Virus record (IMG/VR): IMGVR_UViG_3300010938_000022
Strand: one strand, 5' to 3'
Source of the DNA: an uncultured virus (IMG/VR IMGVR_UViG_3300010938_000022)
Taxonomy: Duplodnaviria; Heunggongvirae; Uroviricota; Caudoviricetes
DNA length: 64,000 nt
The notes beneath the pieces were generated by a model, which searched no databases, was not told the DNA's origin, and saw only the letters and a list, made by a program, of their open reading frames with translations. Made by a program: the position numbers and the translations under genes. Below are positions 63,240-64,000 of the stretch, one piece after another (position 1 is the stretch's first letter; each line of letters begins with the position of its first letter).

Positions 63240-64000
63240 TGCTATTGCTTGGCCAAATTTTTGTTGATCCACCCACAATTACCTCACCACCAGCCGGAGC
63301 TTTAACCCCTGGTACTGAAGATCAAGCATATTCAGTAATTATTACTGCAACCGGAACTGGAACACTAACATTCAGTATTAATGCTGGTACCTTACCAGCA
63401 GGAATCACTCTTGATTCTAATACTGGCATTATATCTGGCACTACTTCAGACCCAGCTAATTATTATTTTACTGTTAGGGTAACAGATACTTATAACCAGC
63501 ATCATGATAGAGATTATTCATTAACAATAAATGCAGTATCTCGCCCTGCTAGTACAACGATGTTATTGATCGCTGATTCTGATGATACGCTTGACTTGAC
63601 TGGCTCAGCTATTAATGCATTTCATGAACAAATTCAAGGGCTTGTAGATTTCACCAACGAATTTGGCGGTACAAAGTGGTCGCGCCAGACAGCCGTGCTT
63701 GACGGTAAGAATGTGGCTCGCACAGGCGGCGATTTCATTGAGTACTCAAGCCCAAACACCGCCGATGGAAAACTGGACGCATGGATTGCTTCATCTGGCG
63801 ATGTTGCGCCAGAAGGCTGTCTTGTGTTGGTGTTCTACCCGACAGCTGTTGATAATGGCAAAGCATGGCTCAGCAGCCGTGTCAACTTGAACATTGAGGG
63901 CGGGATGATCAACGACGGCGAGGATAAGTTCCGTTTCAGAATCCGTAACACGGGCGGTGGTATGGAAGGGCCATCGGTTGCCTGTGCGCTGAACACGTGG
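63239..64000 (+). CDS. Ig-like (putative Ig/He_PIG) domain protein, runs off the window end (not in the track)
   Basis: MLLLGQ...PTITS...YS..I.ATG...TFS...G.LP.G.TLD..TG.ISGT...FTVRVTD; frame open to 64000. Confidence 0.75.
   Translation, partial: MLLLGQIFVDPPTITSPPAGALTPGTEDQAYSVIITATGTGTLTFSINAGTLPAGITLDSNTGIISGTTSDPANYYFTVRVTDTYNQHHDRDYSLTINAVSRPASTTMLLIADSDDTLDLTGSAINAFHEQIQGLVDFTNEFGGTKWSRQTAVLDGKNVARTGGDFIEYSSPNTADGKLDAWIASSGDVAPEGCLVLVFYPTAVDNGKAWLSSRVNLNIEGGMINDGEDKFRFRIRNTGGGMEGPSVACALNTW

Overview
AT-rich segment of a large T4-like/jumbo myophage genome (scaffolded; 10-N gaps at 3895-3904, 10649-10658 and 40029-40038). It contains the head module (gp21-like protease, gp22-like scaffold, gp23-like major capsid protein), GroEL, a cluster of six tRNA/tRNA-like genes, baseplate/tail structural genes (one with an intein), nucleotide-metabolism genes (dut, tmk, add, MazG-like) and many hypotheticals with a shared N-terminal MKL-x(3-5)-E leader. 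The main discovery is a candidate two-locus reverse-transcriptase system. Locus A (43882-46447) is paralog P2, then a structured ncRNA, then paralog P3, which is separated from a group-II-like YADD RT only by an in-frame TAG. Locus B (11227-12908) is paralog P1, then a circularly permuted copy of the same ncRNA fold, then a Pth2-like gene interrupted by TAG at codon 3, then a tRNA cluster with three CUA (amber) anticodon candidates. P1-P3 share an Sm/Hfq-like C-terminal pattern. All calls come from reading the sequence by eye; no searches or folding programs were run.
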